Below are positions 1-9,639 of a DNA stretch of 42,875 nucleotides, piece after piece. Position 1 is the stretch's first letter, and each line of letters begins with the position of its first letter. The stretch comes from Bdellovibrionales bacterium (lineage in GTDB: Bacteria > Bdellovibrionota > UBA1018 > CAIMNF01). The DNA is taken from NCBI GenBank assembly GCA_040380025.1, contig JBEIJY010000018.1, forward strand, positions 1 through 42,875, written 5' to 3'. The position numbers and the translations under genes are program-made. The notes under the pieces are model-generated. The model made no database searches. It was not told where the DNA came from and saw nothing but the letters and a program-made list of their open reading frames with translations.

Positions 1-73
1 ATTCTGTGTTTTTTGCCCTCCCGGCGCTCGGGTGCCCCGCCCTCTCGGCGGCCCCCGCCGCCTCCTTTGTCTT

Positions 74-146
74 AAAACACTTCTTCCCCCACCCCCCCCC
101 TCTCCATCCCGCTCTTTTCAAAAGCACAAACAAAGAGTGCGGTTCG
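74..146. repeat. Degraded right arm of the dispersed palindromic repeat, at the window start
   Basis: ccccccctctccatcccgctcttttcaaaagcacaaacaaagagtgcggtt resembles the reverse complement of the left arm at 3789-3862; surrounding sequence is low-complexity. Confidence 0.6.
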
Positions 147-149
147 CGC

Positions 150-491
150 TCACCCCGGAGGCCAGTGCAGGGAGCGCCCCGCAAGAAAATGCAAATGCAG
201 ATGGAACACCGTCTGTCCGGCGTCGCGGTTGCAGTTCATGACCACGCGGTATCCCGACTGGTCCACGCCCATCCGCTTTGCGATTTCTTTCGCAGCCAGA
301 AACAGCTCCCCGATCAGGGCCGCATCGCTTCGATCCAGATCATTGATCGTGGGGATTTCTTTCTTCGGCACGATCAGCACATGATGGGGAGCCTGCGGGT
401 GGATGTCCTCGAAGGCGAGCACGAGGTCGTTTTCAAACACGATTTTTGCAGGGATTTCCCGCTCGATGATCTTCGTAAAAAGGGTTGGCAT
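150..491 (-). CDS. HIT-family (histidine triad) nucleotide-binding protein, HinT-like
   Basis: MPTLFTKII start, AFEDIHPQAPHHVLIVPK, GQTVFHLHLH triad, WPPG end. Confidence 0.93.
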   Translation of the reverse strand: MPTLFTKIIEREIPAKIVFENDLVLAFEDIHPQAPHHVLIVPKKEIPTINDLDRSDAALIGELFLAAKEIAKRMGVDQSGYRVVMNCNRDAGQTVFHLHLHFLAGRSLHWPPG

Positions 492-523
492 GTTCCCTTT
501 ACTTTCGCTAAGGTAGCGCAGGT

Positions 524-796
524 ATGTCAAAGAAACTTTTTGTGGGAAACCTTCCGTTCGAGGTGAATGACGCCGATCTGGCCACCGTGCTCGCAGTCGC
601 CGGAAAAGTCATCGAAGCCCGTGTGGTCCTGAACAAAAAAACCGGGCGCTCCAAGGGCTATGGTTTCGTCGAGATGGAAACCATCGAGATGGCCGAAGAG
701 GCCGTGAAGAAATTCGAAGGCGCGACGCTGAACGAGCGCGCAATCACTGTTCAGATCGCAACCCCCAAGCTGGAAGCCGACGCAAAGACGGAATGA
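524..796 (+). CDS. RRM-domain RNA-binding protein
   Basis: RNP2 LFVGNL and RNP1 KGYGFVEM. Confidence 0.93.
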   Translation: MSKKLFVGNLPFEVNDADLATVLAVAGKVIEARVVLNKKTGRSKGYGFVEMETIEMAEEAVKKFEGATLNERAITVQIATPKLEADAKTE

Positions 797-2703
797 TGAC
801 CGAAGGCTGGTCCCGATTCGGATTTGTCCGTGTTTCGGCCCTTCTTCCGCGCATCGAACTCGGCAAGCCGCTGGCGAATGCCGAATCCCTCCTGCCCCTT
901 TTCGTGCGGGAGGCGCTCTCCGGAGCGCAGGTGATCTTCACTCCCGAACTCGCGTTGACCGGGTACACCTGCGAGGATCTGTTCCATTCCGAGACCCTTC
1001 TGCAGGAATCCGAAAAAGGACTCAGTCGGCTGATCGAGGGATCGCGCGGTCACGGAGGCTTGTGGGTGGTGGGGGCTCCTCTCCGGCTTCCCGATGGTCG
1101 CATGTTCAATGGCGCGTTTGCGATCCGTTCGGGCACCCTTCTGGGATTCGTCCCGAAAATCTTTTTACCCAACATGGGCGAGTTCTATGAGCGCCGGTGG
1201 TTCGTTCCCGGGCGCTCCCTCCACGAAACCGTCCACCACCCGATCCTCGGAACTTTCCCTGCGTCCGCCCGGCAGATTTTCTCTTCGGGACCCTTGCGTC
1301 TCGGAATCGAGATCTGCCATGACCTTTGGGCTCCCGAGCCTCCCTCGACCGCGCTCGCCCTCTCGGGTGCGAACCTGATTGTGAATCTCTCGGCGAGCAA
1401 TGAGCTCGTCGGAAAACCCGCTTACCGCAAGCATCTGGTCGAGACCCAGTCCCGCCGATCCCATCTTGCCTATGTGTATGCGAGCTGCGGGGCGGGAGAA
1501 TCGAGCAAGGACACGGTATTCTCGGGACACAGTTTCGCGTTCGAGCTCGGCAGACTCTTGGGCGAATCGGCGCCGTTCGATGGTTCTTCGGATTGCTTCA
1601 GCGTCGATGTCGACCTCGAGCGGGTGCTGAACTCCCGGACCCGCGATATCTGTTTTTTGGAGGCGGTCGAAAATCGCACCCTCCGCGCGATCGAGGTGCG
1701 GGAGTTCGAGGCGAATCCGGTGTCGTTTTCCGATCTCCGCCGCACCGTCGATCCCCATCCCTTTCTTTCCGAGATACCCGATTACGAAGATGTGCTCGCC
1801 ATCCAGGTGCACGGACTTCTTCGTCGGGCCGAAGGCTCCGGCGCGAAGAGCCTCATCGTCGGGGTCTCCGGCGGGCTCGATTCCACCTTGGCGCTGAAGG
1901 TGGCCGCACGCGCCCGCGATGCCTCCGGGCAAAAACTGCGTCTTATCGGGGTCACCTTGCCCGGTCCGGGAACTTCCGAAAAAACCCTGGGCTTCGCGCG
2001 CACGCTTCTCGCCGAGGTGCATCCCGATCTCGTGATCGAGGTTCCGATCTCCGAAGCAGTGAGCCAGCATCTTCGCGATCTTGGCAAGTCCGACTCCGAG
2101 CGCGGAATCGTGTACGAGAACGCCCAGGCGCGCGAACGGACACAGATCCTTTTCGATCTCGCGAACGAGCATCAGGGAATCGTGGTCGGCACGGGCGACC
2201 TCTCCGAGCTCGCACTCGGGTGGTGCACCTTCAATGCCGATCAAATGGCGCATTACTCGGTGAATGCCGGCATTCCGAAGACAGTGGTTCGCGAACTGGT
2301 CGGGTTCTGGGCCGAGACCGCCGAATCGCGCGCCCTGCACGCGATTCTCGAAGAAATCCTCGATTCGCCGATTTCTCCCGAGCTTCTGCCCCCCGATGCC
2401 GAGGGTGCGATCTCGCAAGAGACCGAGGCGCTGATCGGAAGCTATGATCTTCATGATTTTTTTCTGCATGCGTACCTGAATTCCGGCTATCCGAAAGACA
2501 AGATCCTCGCGCTTGCACGGGTCGCCTTTCGCGGCGATCCCGGTCTTCTTGCCGGGGTTGAGCGCGCGCATTCCATTTTTTTCAACCGGTTTTTTTCCCA
2601 GCAGTTCAAACGAACCACGCTTCCTCCCGGACCCAAGGTGCATTCGGTTTCGCTTTCGCCCCGATCCGACTTCCGCCTGCCCGACGAGCTGAAGGCACCC
2701 TGA
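793..2703 (+). CDS. nadE: Glutamine-dependent NAD+ synthetase
   Basis: Nitrilase domain E/K/C residues (PELALTGY, PKIFLP, EICHDLW) plus synthetase motifs SGGLDS, ENAQARER, GTGDLSE, SQQFKR. Confidence 0.95.
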   Translation: MMTEGWSRFGFVRVSALLPRIELGKPLANAESLLPLFVREALSGAQVIFTPELALTGYTCEDLFHSETLLQESEKGLSRLIEGSRGHGGLWVVGAPLRLPDGRMFNGAFAIRSGTLLGFVPKIFLPNMGEFYERRWFVPGRSLHETVHHPILGTFPASARQIFSSGPLRLGIEICHDLWAPEPPSTALALSGANLIVNLSASNELVGKPAYRKHLVETQSRRSHLAYVYASCGAGESSKDTVFSGHSFAFELGRLLGESAPFDGSSDCFSVDVDLERVLNSRTRDICFLEAVENRTLRAIEVREFEANPVSFSDLRRTVDPHPFLSEIPDYEDVLAIQVHGLLRRAEGSGAKSLIVGVSGGLDSTLALKVAARARDASGQKLRLIGVTLPGPGTSEKTLGFARTLLAEVHPDLVIEVPISEAVSQHLRDLGKSDSERGIVYENAQARERTQILFDLANEHQGIVVGTGDLSELALGWCTFNADQMAHYSVNAGIPKTVVRELVGFWAETAESRALHAILEEILDSPISPELLPPDAEGAISQETEALIGSYDLHDFFLHAYLNSGYPKDKILALARVAFRGDPGLLAGVERAHSIFFNRFFSQQFKRTTLPPGPKVHSVSLSPRSDFRLPDELKAP

Positions 2704-2716
2704 CGGAGACCCTGCC

Positions 2717-3721
2717 ATGTTGATCCTTCCCAAATTCAAACGCGGAACCCGGCCCCCGAAGCGAATCGCCGTCCTCACGAGCGGCGGTGACGCCCCCGGA
2801 ATGAATGCCGCCATTCGTGCCGTGGTCCGCACGACGATTGCCATGGGGTCCGAGGCGATGGGAATTCAAAGGGGATATGCCGGACTTCTCGAAGGACTCA
2901 TCCATCCGATGGTTCCCTCATCGGTTGCGAACATCATCCAGCGGGGAGGGACGATTCTTCGCACTTCGCGATGTCCCGAGTTCATGAAGCCCGCAGGAAG
3001 AAAAAAGGCGGCCGCCATGTTGAACCGTCACGGCGTCGATGCGCTGGTGGTGATCGGCGGCGATGGGAGCTTTCGCGGGGCGAGGCATTTGCACGAAGAG
3101 TGCGGAATTCCCGTGCTAGGGGTCCCCGGCACGATCGACAACGACATCGCCTGCACGGACGACACGATCGGGTTTGATACCGCCGTGAACACCGGGATCC
3201 AGCTCATCGATAAAATCCGCGATACCGCTTCGTCGCACGACCGCACGTTTTTGGTCGAGGTGATGGGGCGTCACTCCGGAATGATCGCCCTCCATACCGG
3301 CATTGGCGGGGGCGCCGAGAGCATCATCGTTCCGGAGGTCAAAACCAAGGTCGAGAGCATCTGCCAGAGCATCGAGCGGGGCATTCGCCGCGGGAAAACC
3401 AGCAGCATCATCGTGGTCGCCGAAGGGTGCCAGTTCGGCGGGGCCGAGCCGCTCTCGAAGGAGCTCGAAAAGCGCGGGTATTCCACAAAGCTTGCCATTC
3501 TCGGCCATACCCAGCGCGGGGGCAGTCCGACCGCGCATGACCGTCTTCTTGCCTCGACGCTCGGCGCGGTCGCAGTTCATGCTCTCCTTGCCGGCGAAAA
3601 AGAGGGAATGGTGGGAGTGGAGCGGCAGGAAGTGCGGATCACGAGTTTCCGGAAGCTTGAAGGCGGACCAAGAAAACTCTCGCGCGAGTTGCTCGCGATC
3701 GCGGGCGATCTTGCCCTGTGA
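2717..3721 (+). CDS. pfkA: ATP-dependent 6-phosphofructokinase
   Basis: TSGGDAPGMNAAIR, GGDGS, PGTIDND, EVMGR, LGHTQRGG. Confidence 0.96.
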   Translation: MLILPKFKRGTRPPKRIAVLTSGGDAPGMNAAIRAVVRTTIAMGSEAMGIQRGYAGLLEGLIHPMVPSSVANIIQRGGTILRTSRCPEFMKPAGRKKAAAMLNRHGVDALVVIGGDGSFRGARHLHEECGIPVLGVPGTIDNDIACTDDTIGFDTAVNTGIQLIDKIRDTASSHDRTFLVEVMGRHSGMIALHTGIGGGAESIIVPEVKTKVESICQSIERGIRRGKTSSIIVVAEGCQFGGAEPLSKELEKRGYSTKLAILGHTQRGGSPTAHDRLLASTLGAVAVHALLAGEKEGMVGVERQEVRITSFRKLEGGPRKLSRELLAIAGDLAL

Positions 3722-3788
3722 CGGAGTTGCAGTCCGCGTCGTTGTTTGAGGCGGAACGATTCCGTTCAACCGAAAAAGCAGGAATTCA

Positions 3789-3991
3789 CAAAACTGCCCC
3801 CTTTGATTGTGCTTTTGTTGTGAGCGGGATCGGCAGAGGGGGGGGGGATGATTCGGTTTTTGCCGACTCTCGCGAGCCAGGATGGCGAAAGCGAGGCCGG
3901 ACGATCCGGCTCGGAGGCAAAAACGGAATCATTCCAACCTCTTCTGCCGATCCCTCTCCATCACCAAGCACAATCAAAGGGGGCAGTTTTG
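3789..3991. repeat. Full ~200 bp palindromic (MITE/REP-like) element with long imperfect inverted arms
   Basis: Perfect 26-bp terminal inverted repeat caaaactgccccctttgattgtgctt / aagcacaatcaaagggggcagttttg, extending imperfectly to ~75 bp per arm; lies between convergent genes. Confidence 0.88.
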
Positions 3992-3995
3992 GACT

Positions 3996-4670
3996 TCACT
4001 CGTTCACCGAGTTCATCGCCAGAATCGGACTCTGTTCCCCGTACACCCGCACATAGGCCTGACGCCGGTGGAACCAGCTGTAAAAAAACACCGCGAGCAG
4101 GACGCCGGCGATCAGATCGACCACATAGTGCTGTTTCGTGGTCATCGTCGAGAGCGTGATCAGGGTCGACCAAACGAAGAACACCCAAAAATGGCGTTTT
4201 TTCCCTTCGGACAAAAACGCGAAAGCCGAGAGGTACACCGAGCTGACATGAAGGCTCGGAAGACAGTTGGTGGCGGCATCCTGCGCCCGAAGCCAGATCC
4301 AGATCGACTGAAGCCATTCCGGGGTTTCGGCCGGAACCGGATAAAGATCGCGCGGATAAATCGTCGGGAACACGACAAAAATCGCGCAACTGACGGCTTG
4401 CAAAGAGAAGAACGAATACAGGTACTTGTTGATGTTGTCCTGGTTGCTGAGCAGGATGTACACGAACGCGAAGTAAAAATACTCGCTGATGTAAATCAAA
4501 ACCGATGAGGGCAAAAAAGGAACACTCGTGTCGATCCAGGTGAGCGCAAGCTCCCGCGGAGGCAGGATCGGGTTGTGGTTCGTAAGGTAATAAATCGCAT
4601 ACGACACCGCATACATGATCGCGCCGAGGACGTATTTGTTGGCTCCGGTGACAAACAGGGGCAGCTTCAT
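3996..4670 (-). CDS. PAP2-superfamily membrane protein (inositolphosphorylceramide synthase/AUR1-like)
   Basis: Multiple TM segments; NCLPSLHV and STMTTKQHYVVDLIAG motifs. Confidence 0.8.
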   Translation of the reverse strand: MKLPLFVTGANKYVLGAIMYAVSYAIYYLTNHNPILPPRELALTWIDTSVPFLPSSVLIYISEYFYFAFVYILLSNQDNINKYLYSFFSLQAVSCAIFVVFPTIYPRDLYPVPAETPEWLQSIWIWLRAQDAATNCLPSLHVSSVYLSAFAFLSEGKKRHFWVFFVWSTLITLSTMTTKQHYVVDLIAGVLLAVFFYSWFHRRQAYVRVYGEQSPILAMNSVNE

Positions 4671-4815
4671 AAGCTTCGCATCCTATCTCATTTCCGACTA
4701 AATTGCATCGAATAACTGACAGGAAGAAATCTTGATGGATTTCAATCCGGTTGGTAGGGTTCCCGTACCTGAAAACTCAACGAAAATCCCATTGAATCCT
4801 CAAGGAGGGATCCCC

Positions 4816-6246
4816 ATGTTTCTCGACAGTCTTGCCCAGGCGTATCCGATTCTGATTCTGCTCGGGGTGGTGTGGCTAGTGTTGTCCCGTCTTCCCCAGG
4901 TTCAGCTCGGGCATTCCGAGGACTTCAAGCGGCGCAGGCTTCTGAACTGGCTTCCTTTGGGGCTTACCTACGCGTTTCTTTACATGGGTCGCTACAACCT
5001 GACGGTGAGCAAAAAGTCCTTCGGGGACCTGATGCAAAACTCCGATTTCGGGACGATTTTCTTCTTCGGGACCATCACGTACGGATGCGCCTTCGTGATC
5101 AACGGACCGCTCACCGACCGGATCGGGGGAAGACGCGCGATTCTGGTGGCGGCGCTCGGTTCGGCCGTCGCGAACTTCCTTATGGGTCTCGTGACGTATC
5201 TGGGAATGACCGATCACCTCGTGGTCACGTTCTCGATCCTGTACTCGATCAACATGTACTTCCAGAGCTTCGGTGCCGTGGCGATCGTGAAGGTGAACTC
5301 CTCGTGGTTCCATGTTCGGGAGCGCGGCACGTTCGGCGGAGTGTTCGGAATCCTGATCGCGCTCGGTCTGTATTTTGCTTACGACTGGGGCTCGATCATC
5401 GCGCGCACCTTCTCGCTCCCGTGGGTGTTTTTCGTGCCGACCGTCATGCTGATCGGGTTTTTCATCGTCTCATTCGGGTTAGTCCGCGACCATCCCTCCG
5501 AGGCGGGGTTCCAGGATTTTGATCCGGGAGACGCCAAGATCGGCGAAGGCGCGCGAATGACCGCATTCCAGGTTGCGGCGATCATGATGCGGAATCCTGC
5601 GATCGTTACGATCGCCCTGATTGAGTTCTGTTCCGGATTCCTCCGGAACGCGATCATGCAATGGTACAAGGTGTTTTCCGATCAAACCGGAATTGCGGGC
5701 ACATTTGTTCCCAAGAACTGGGGGCTTTTGCTCTGTTGCGCCGGGATCATGGGAAGCGTGTTCGCCGGAACCCTCTCGGACCGCTTTTTCGGCTCCCGCA
5801 GGGGGCCGGTCTCGGCCGTTTTGTATTTTATGATGCTGGTGGGCGGAATCGTCGCGAATTTTCTGCTTGGCTCGGATTACCTGGGCTTCCTCATGATTTT
5901 TATGTCGATGGCGATCATCGGGGTTCACGGAATGCTCTCGGGCACGGCCAGCATGGATTTCGGCGGCAAAAAGAACGTCGGAACGGCAGTGGGGCTCATC
6001 GATGGTATGGTGTACCTCGGAACCGGCGCCCAGTCGCTCTACTACGGTTGGGCGCTCCCGAATGGCGATGCCGCGCGGGATTTCTCGAACTGGCATGCCT
6101 GGCCCGTGGCCATGGGCCCGGTGGCCCTCATCGGCTTTTTGCTTGCCCTCCGTCTTTGGAACGCGCACCCTTCGGCGCCCAAAAAAGAACGCGCTGAAAC
6201 CAAGATCCCGGTCACCCTGACGGCCGAACAGTCGTCGGCGGAGTAG
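4816..6246 (+). CDS. MFS transporter, GlpT/UhpT-like organophosphate family
   Basis: YMGRYNL, GPLTDRIGGR, WFHVRERG, GTLSDRFF, GTAVGLID; about 12 TM segments; GGAGG RBS before ATG at 4816. Confidence 0.85.
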   Translation: MFLDSLAQAYPILILLGVVWLVLSRLPQVQLGHSEDFKRRRLLNWLPLGLTYAFLYMGRYNLTVSKKSFGDLMQNSDFGTIFFFGTITYGCAFVINGPLTDRIGGRRAILVAALGSAVANFLMGLVTYLGMTDHLVVTFSILYSINMYFQSFGAVAIVKVNSSWFHVRERGTFGGVFGILIALGLYFAYDWGSIIARTFSLPWVFFVPTVMLIGFFIVSFGLVRDHPSEAGFQDFDPGDAKIGEGARMTAFQVAAIMMRNPAIVTIALIEFCSGFLRNAIMQWYKVFSDQTGIAGTFVPKNWGLLLCCAGIMGSVFAGTLSDRFFGSRRGPVSAVLYFMMLVGGIVANFLLGSDYLGFLMIFMSMAIIGVHGMLSGTASMDFGGKKNVGTAVGLIDGMVYLGTGAQSLYYGWALPNGDAARDFSNWHAWPVAMGPVALIGFLLALRLWNAHPSAPKKERAETKIPVTLTAEQSSAE

Positions 6247-6249
6247 ACC

Positions 6250-7488
6250 ATGGATTGGACATCCGATCAGACGCGCGCACTGAAAATCCTCGCCGGCGAG
6301 AACAACGTGTTTCTCACCGGAGGAGCCGGAACGGGCAAATCCACGGTTATTTCTGAGTTCATTGGCAATCAGGAATCCGTGGCCGTGCTGGCCTCGACCG
6401 GAACCGCAGCGATCCTTCTTCGGGGCAGGACCTTTCATTCCTTCTTCGGTCTCGGCATCATGGAGGGCGGGAACGAAGCGGTGATCGAACGCGCCGTCAA
6501 GCATCGCGGCATCGTCCAACGCCTTCGGCGCACGAAGACCGTGCTGATCGACGAGATTTCCATGATCGGTGCGAACGAGCTTCTTTGCGCCGAGAAGATC
6601 GCCCGGAAGGCGCGAGCCGTGTCCGCTCCTTGGGGCGGTCTGCGAGTCGTCGTCATCGGTGACTTCGCACAACTCCCTCCCGTAGTGCGCTCCGTGCCCG
6701 GGCAGGTGTCGAGCGAGCGGCCCTGGTGTTTCACCGCCGAGGCCTGGCGCGATACCCTGTTCGATGCCGTGGTGCTAAGAGAAATCGTACGATCCCGCGA
6801 CTCCGATTGGAACCGCGTTCTCGGCGAACTCCGGTGGGGCGAGATCGGAGAAGAGTCGTTTCGGGTACTGAATGAGCGGGTCAGTCCTGTTCCCCTGAAG
6901 TTCCAAGGGACCCGGCTTTTTGCGCGAAGAGCCCAAGTCGACTCCTTGAATCAGGAACGATTGAAGACTCTTCCCGGGGGCGCGCGGGAATATCCCACGG
7001 TTTACGCGGGCAAAGCCCAGCGGCTCGATGAGCTTCGACGGAACGCGCCGGTCCCCGAGGTTCTCCACCTCAAAATCGGCGCCTTGGTGATGTTCCGGCA
7101 GAATGATCCCGACTATCGCTTCGTGAACGGAACCCTCGGCACGGTCGTGAAGCTCAAGGACGACGAGGTCCATGTCGAGCTCCTGACCGGAAAAACCATC
7201 GAGCTGAAGCCCGCGACCTTCAGTCTTCTCGATGCCGATGGCGAGACCCTCGCATCGGCCACGAACTTTCCTTTGAATCTTGCGTGGGCCTGCACCATCC
7301 ACAAGGCGCAAGGTGCGACTCTCGATCGCGTGCATGCCGATCTCAGGGGTGTCTGGGAGCACGGGCAGACCTACGTGGCGCTGTCTCGCGTCCGCTCGGT
7401 TTCCGACCTCACCCTCGAGGGGCTTTCCCGGAACAGCTTCCGCATCGATCCCGCGGTCACCGGGTTTTATCGCTCGCTTCGCGGCTGA
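6250..7488 (+). CDS. PIF1/RecD-like SF1B DNA helicase
   Basis: TGGAGTGKS, IDEISM, GDFAQLPPV, NGTLG, AWACTIHKAQGATLD, YVALSR. Confidence 0.92.
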   Translation: MDWTSDQTRALKILAGENNVFLTGGAGTGKSTVISEFIGNQESVAVLASTGTAAILLRGRTFHSFFGLGIMEGGNEAVIERAVKHRGIVQRLRRTKTVLIDEISMIGANELLCAEKIARKARAVSAPWGGLRVVVIGDFAQLPPVVRSVPGQVSSERPWCFTAEAWRDTLFDAVVLREIVRSRDSDWNRVLGELRWGEIGEESFRVLNERVSPVPLKFQGTRLFARRAQVDSLNQERLKTLPGGAREYPTVYAGKAQRLDELRRNAPVPEVLHLKIGALVMFRQNDPDYRFVNGTLGTVVKLKDDEVHVELLTGKTIELKPATFSLLDADGETLASATNFPLNLAWACTIHKAQGATLDRVHADLRGVWEHGQTYVALSRVRSVSDLTLEGLSRNSFRIDPAVTGFYRSLRG

Positions 7489-7784
7489 GGGGGCGATTTA
7501 GCGATCTCATACAGCCGGTCGAAATGATACATGCCGGTGCGGTGTCCGTCGCTCCATTCGACATGGATTCCGTACCGTCCGACCGGTTCGACTTTCAGGG
7601 GTTTGACATCCGGTTTGATGCTTTCTTTCTTCAGGGTGCGTACGCCGGTCATCTCATCAACGCAGGTGGCGCACGGGCAGTAAAAACGAAGATCAATGCA
7701 GGGGAGGGTGAATTCCTCCCCGGTGTCAAAACCGAGCAGAAGGTTGAAACCCGGGGCTGGCGCCACTTTGGTGAGGTTCGGCAT
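7467..7784 (-). CDS. DUF971 / GBBH-N-like metal-binding protein
   Basis: LRFYCPCATC, VGRYGI, WSDGHRTGMY. Confidence 0.85.
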   Translation of the reverse strand: MPNLTKVAPAPGFNLLLGFDTGEEFTLPCIDLRFYCPCATCVDEMTGVRTLKKESIKPDVKPLKVEPVGRYGIHVEWSDGHRTGMYHFDRLYEIAKSPPQPRSER

Positions 7785-7847
7785 GTCGAAAACGTAGCAC
7801 AAATTCGATTTCAAAAAATCAAAAGTTCTCCTACGCTGAAGAGTGCC

Positions 7848-8780
7848 ATGGAGCGAATTCCATCAAAAAGTCTGAGTCAGCTTCTGGATCCGATCAACCG
7901 CCTGTACCGGCACCGTCTGGCCAAGCGGATCGCGCATTTTCTTCGCAAAACGCCGATCACCGCCAACCATGTCACGATCGCCCACACTTTGGTCGGGGTG
8001 CTTGCCGCGTTCCTGATTTACAAAAGCCAGTATCTTCTTGCGATTTTGTTCTTCGAGGTGAGAACCGTGCTCGATGCCGTCGACGGAATCCTTGCTCGCC
8101 TGAAAAACCAGGCGAGCCCTTTCGGGCGGACGCTCGATACCATTGGTGACGGAATCACATTCAATTCATTGATGCTGGCGGGGGCTCTTCGGATGATCGG
8201 GGATTTTCCGAGCTATCGTCCCTCGCTTATTCTGATTGCGGTCTTTTTGTTCGCGCTCACCGCCGCCCACTGCGGAAGTGTCTACCAGCTCATGAAACGC
8301 AAGCTCGGCTCGATCATCATGGAGCAGGTCGATTCCGTGGAGCGCGAGTGGCGTGAACAAGGCGAGAAAATCCGGAATGATCCGGGCGCTTGGATCGCGC
8401 GATTCGGATTCTGGATGGATACGCTGACGATCCGGTTTGTTTCCGAGGAATGGTACGAAAAAATCGCCCGCCGGCGCACCGCCGGGGACTGGGAGGCAAG
8501 GGCGCTGCAGGACGCCTCCACCATGAATGAGCTTGCGCGGCGGACCCGGAGGAGGGAATTCCGGAATGCCGTCCGGTATACGGCGTTCGTGAGCGATGAT
8601 AATATTTTCGCGGTGATGAGCCTTTGCTTTCTCGGGCTCGAAGCCTTCCCGAACGGGATTTTCCCGTATGTGCACCCCGTCCTGATCGCGTTTTCGGCCG
8701 GTTTTCTGTACGCATTGGGCGCCCTCGTGCTCGGGCTCCATCATTTGCATGGTTTTTATCACGGCGTTTATCGGGATTGA
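7848..8780 (+). CDS. CDP-alcohol phosphatidyltransferase family protein
   Basis: TANHVT and LDAVDGILARLKNQASPFGRTLDTIGD signature; start inferred at MERIPS. Confidence 0.87.
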   Translation: MERIPSKSLSQLLDPINRLYRHRLAKRIAHFLRKTPITANHVTIAHTLVGVLAAFLIYKSQYLLAILFFEVRTVLDAVDGILARLKNQASPFGRTLDTIGDGITFNSLMLAGALRMIGDFPSYRPSLILIAVFLFALTAAHCGSVYQLMKRKLGSIIMEQVDSVEREWREQGEKIRNDPGAWIARFGFWMDTLTIRFVSEEWYEKIARRRTAGDWEARALQDASTMNELARRTRRREFRNAVRYTAFVSDDNIFAVMSLCFLGLEAFPNGIFPYVHPVLIAFSAGFLYALGALVLGLHHLHGFYHGVYRD

Positions 8781-8831
8781 TCAAAAAATCCTTTTCATCT
8801 CCCCCCCCGAACAGGCAAGATCGGGGACACT

Positions 8832-9614
8832 GTGAAGATCGTCCAAACTTTGAGAACCGCCATCGAATGGGTCGGAGAACTGGCCCTTTTTGTCGGTCGC
8901 ACACTGCAAAGCGCCGGTCATTTCGGCCGCCGGACCGGGATTTTCCTCAACCAATGTGAATTCATCGGGGTGAGCAGTCTCGGGATTCTTTGCGTTGCCG
9001 CGATCTTCATCGGCGCGGTTCTCGGCTATCAGCTCTTCAAATCGTTTGAGTTGTTCGGAGCCCAGGCATTGGTGGGCGGGACCCTCGGAGTGGGGATCTT
9101 CCGTGAGATGGCGCCCGTGATCGGGGCCATCATGGTCACGGGACGGGCGGGCGCGGGAATCGGAGCCGAGATCGCGAGCATGCGGGTCAGCGAACAGATC
9201 GACGCGCTCGAGGTAATGGGTGTGAACCCGTACGAGTACCTGGTGCTTCCCCGGGTTTTGGCGGGCGCGGTGATGATGCCGCTTCTGGCCTATCTGTTCG
9301 GGGGCGTGGCATGTGTGGCCGCCGCGGTGATCGCGTGTTCGGTCCTCGATCTCAGCTACCCCGTGTTCTGGAATGGAGTCCGAACTTGGACTGACTGGAT
9401 TGACCTTCTTCACTGCGGTTTGAAAAGCATTTCCTTCGGTGCGGCCCTCGCCTGGATGGGATGTTTTTTCGGCTTCCGCGCAAGCGGGGGAGCGCGCTCG
9501 GTCGGTCTCTCCACGAGATCGACGGTGGTGGCCGCGTGCCTCACCATTCTTCTTCTTGATTATTTTTGGACCATGATCCTTCCCCTCAGGGCCGGGCGGC
9601 TGATCGTGAATTGA
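8832..9614 (+). CDS. mlaE: MlaE-family ABC permease
   Basis: REMAPV, GRAGAGIGAEIASMRVSEQIDALEVMGVNP, VGLSTRSTVV. Confidence 0.93.
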   Translation: MKIVQTLRTAIEWVGELALFVGRTLQSAGHFGRRTGIFLNQCEFIGVSSLGILCVAAIFIGAVLGYQLFKSFELFGAQALVGGTLGVGIFREMAPVIGAIMVTGRAGAGIGAEIASMRVSEQIDALEVMGVNPYEYLVLPRVLAGAVMMPLLAYLFGGVACVAAAVIACSVLDLSYPVFWNGVRTWTDWIDLLHCGLKSISFGAALAWMGCFFGFRASGGARSVGLSTRSTVVAACLTILLLDYFWTMILPLRAGRLIVN

Positions 9615-9639
9615 ACAGGAACAGTACGGAGATACCAAA

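Noticed and set aside
6..146. ORFs starting in the first 150 nt and 42660-42869
   Set aside because: They lie in low-complexity, probably error-rich repeat sequence at the ends
1165..2844. Long antisense or alternate-frame ORFs (also 12697-14067, 19997-21760, 34750-36732, 37774-39471)
   Set aside because: They shadow well-supported genes and have no recognisable motifs; expected from GC-rich codon bias
3789..3991. Repeat family as a CRISPR array or tRNA
   Set aside because: Copies are dispersed and inverted, not tandem with spacers; no cas genes; no cloverleaf or T-loop consensus
3718..4056. Short ORFs across the repeat (3718-4056, 3786-3977) and 24766-25059 sharing KTAPFDCA
   Set aside because: The shared peptide is just translation of the repeat arm, not evidence of a protein family
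7284..7847. N-terminal extensions in the ORF track (also 12529, 19811, 23181, 31134, 32688 starts)
   Set aside because: They overlap neighbouring real genes; homology begins at downstream ATGs, which were used instead
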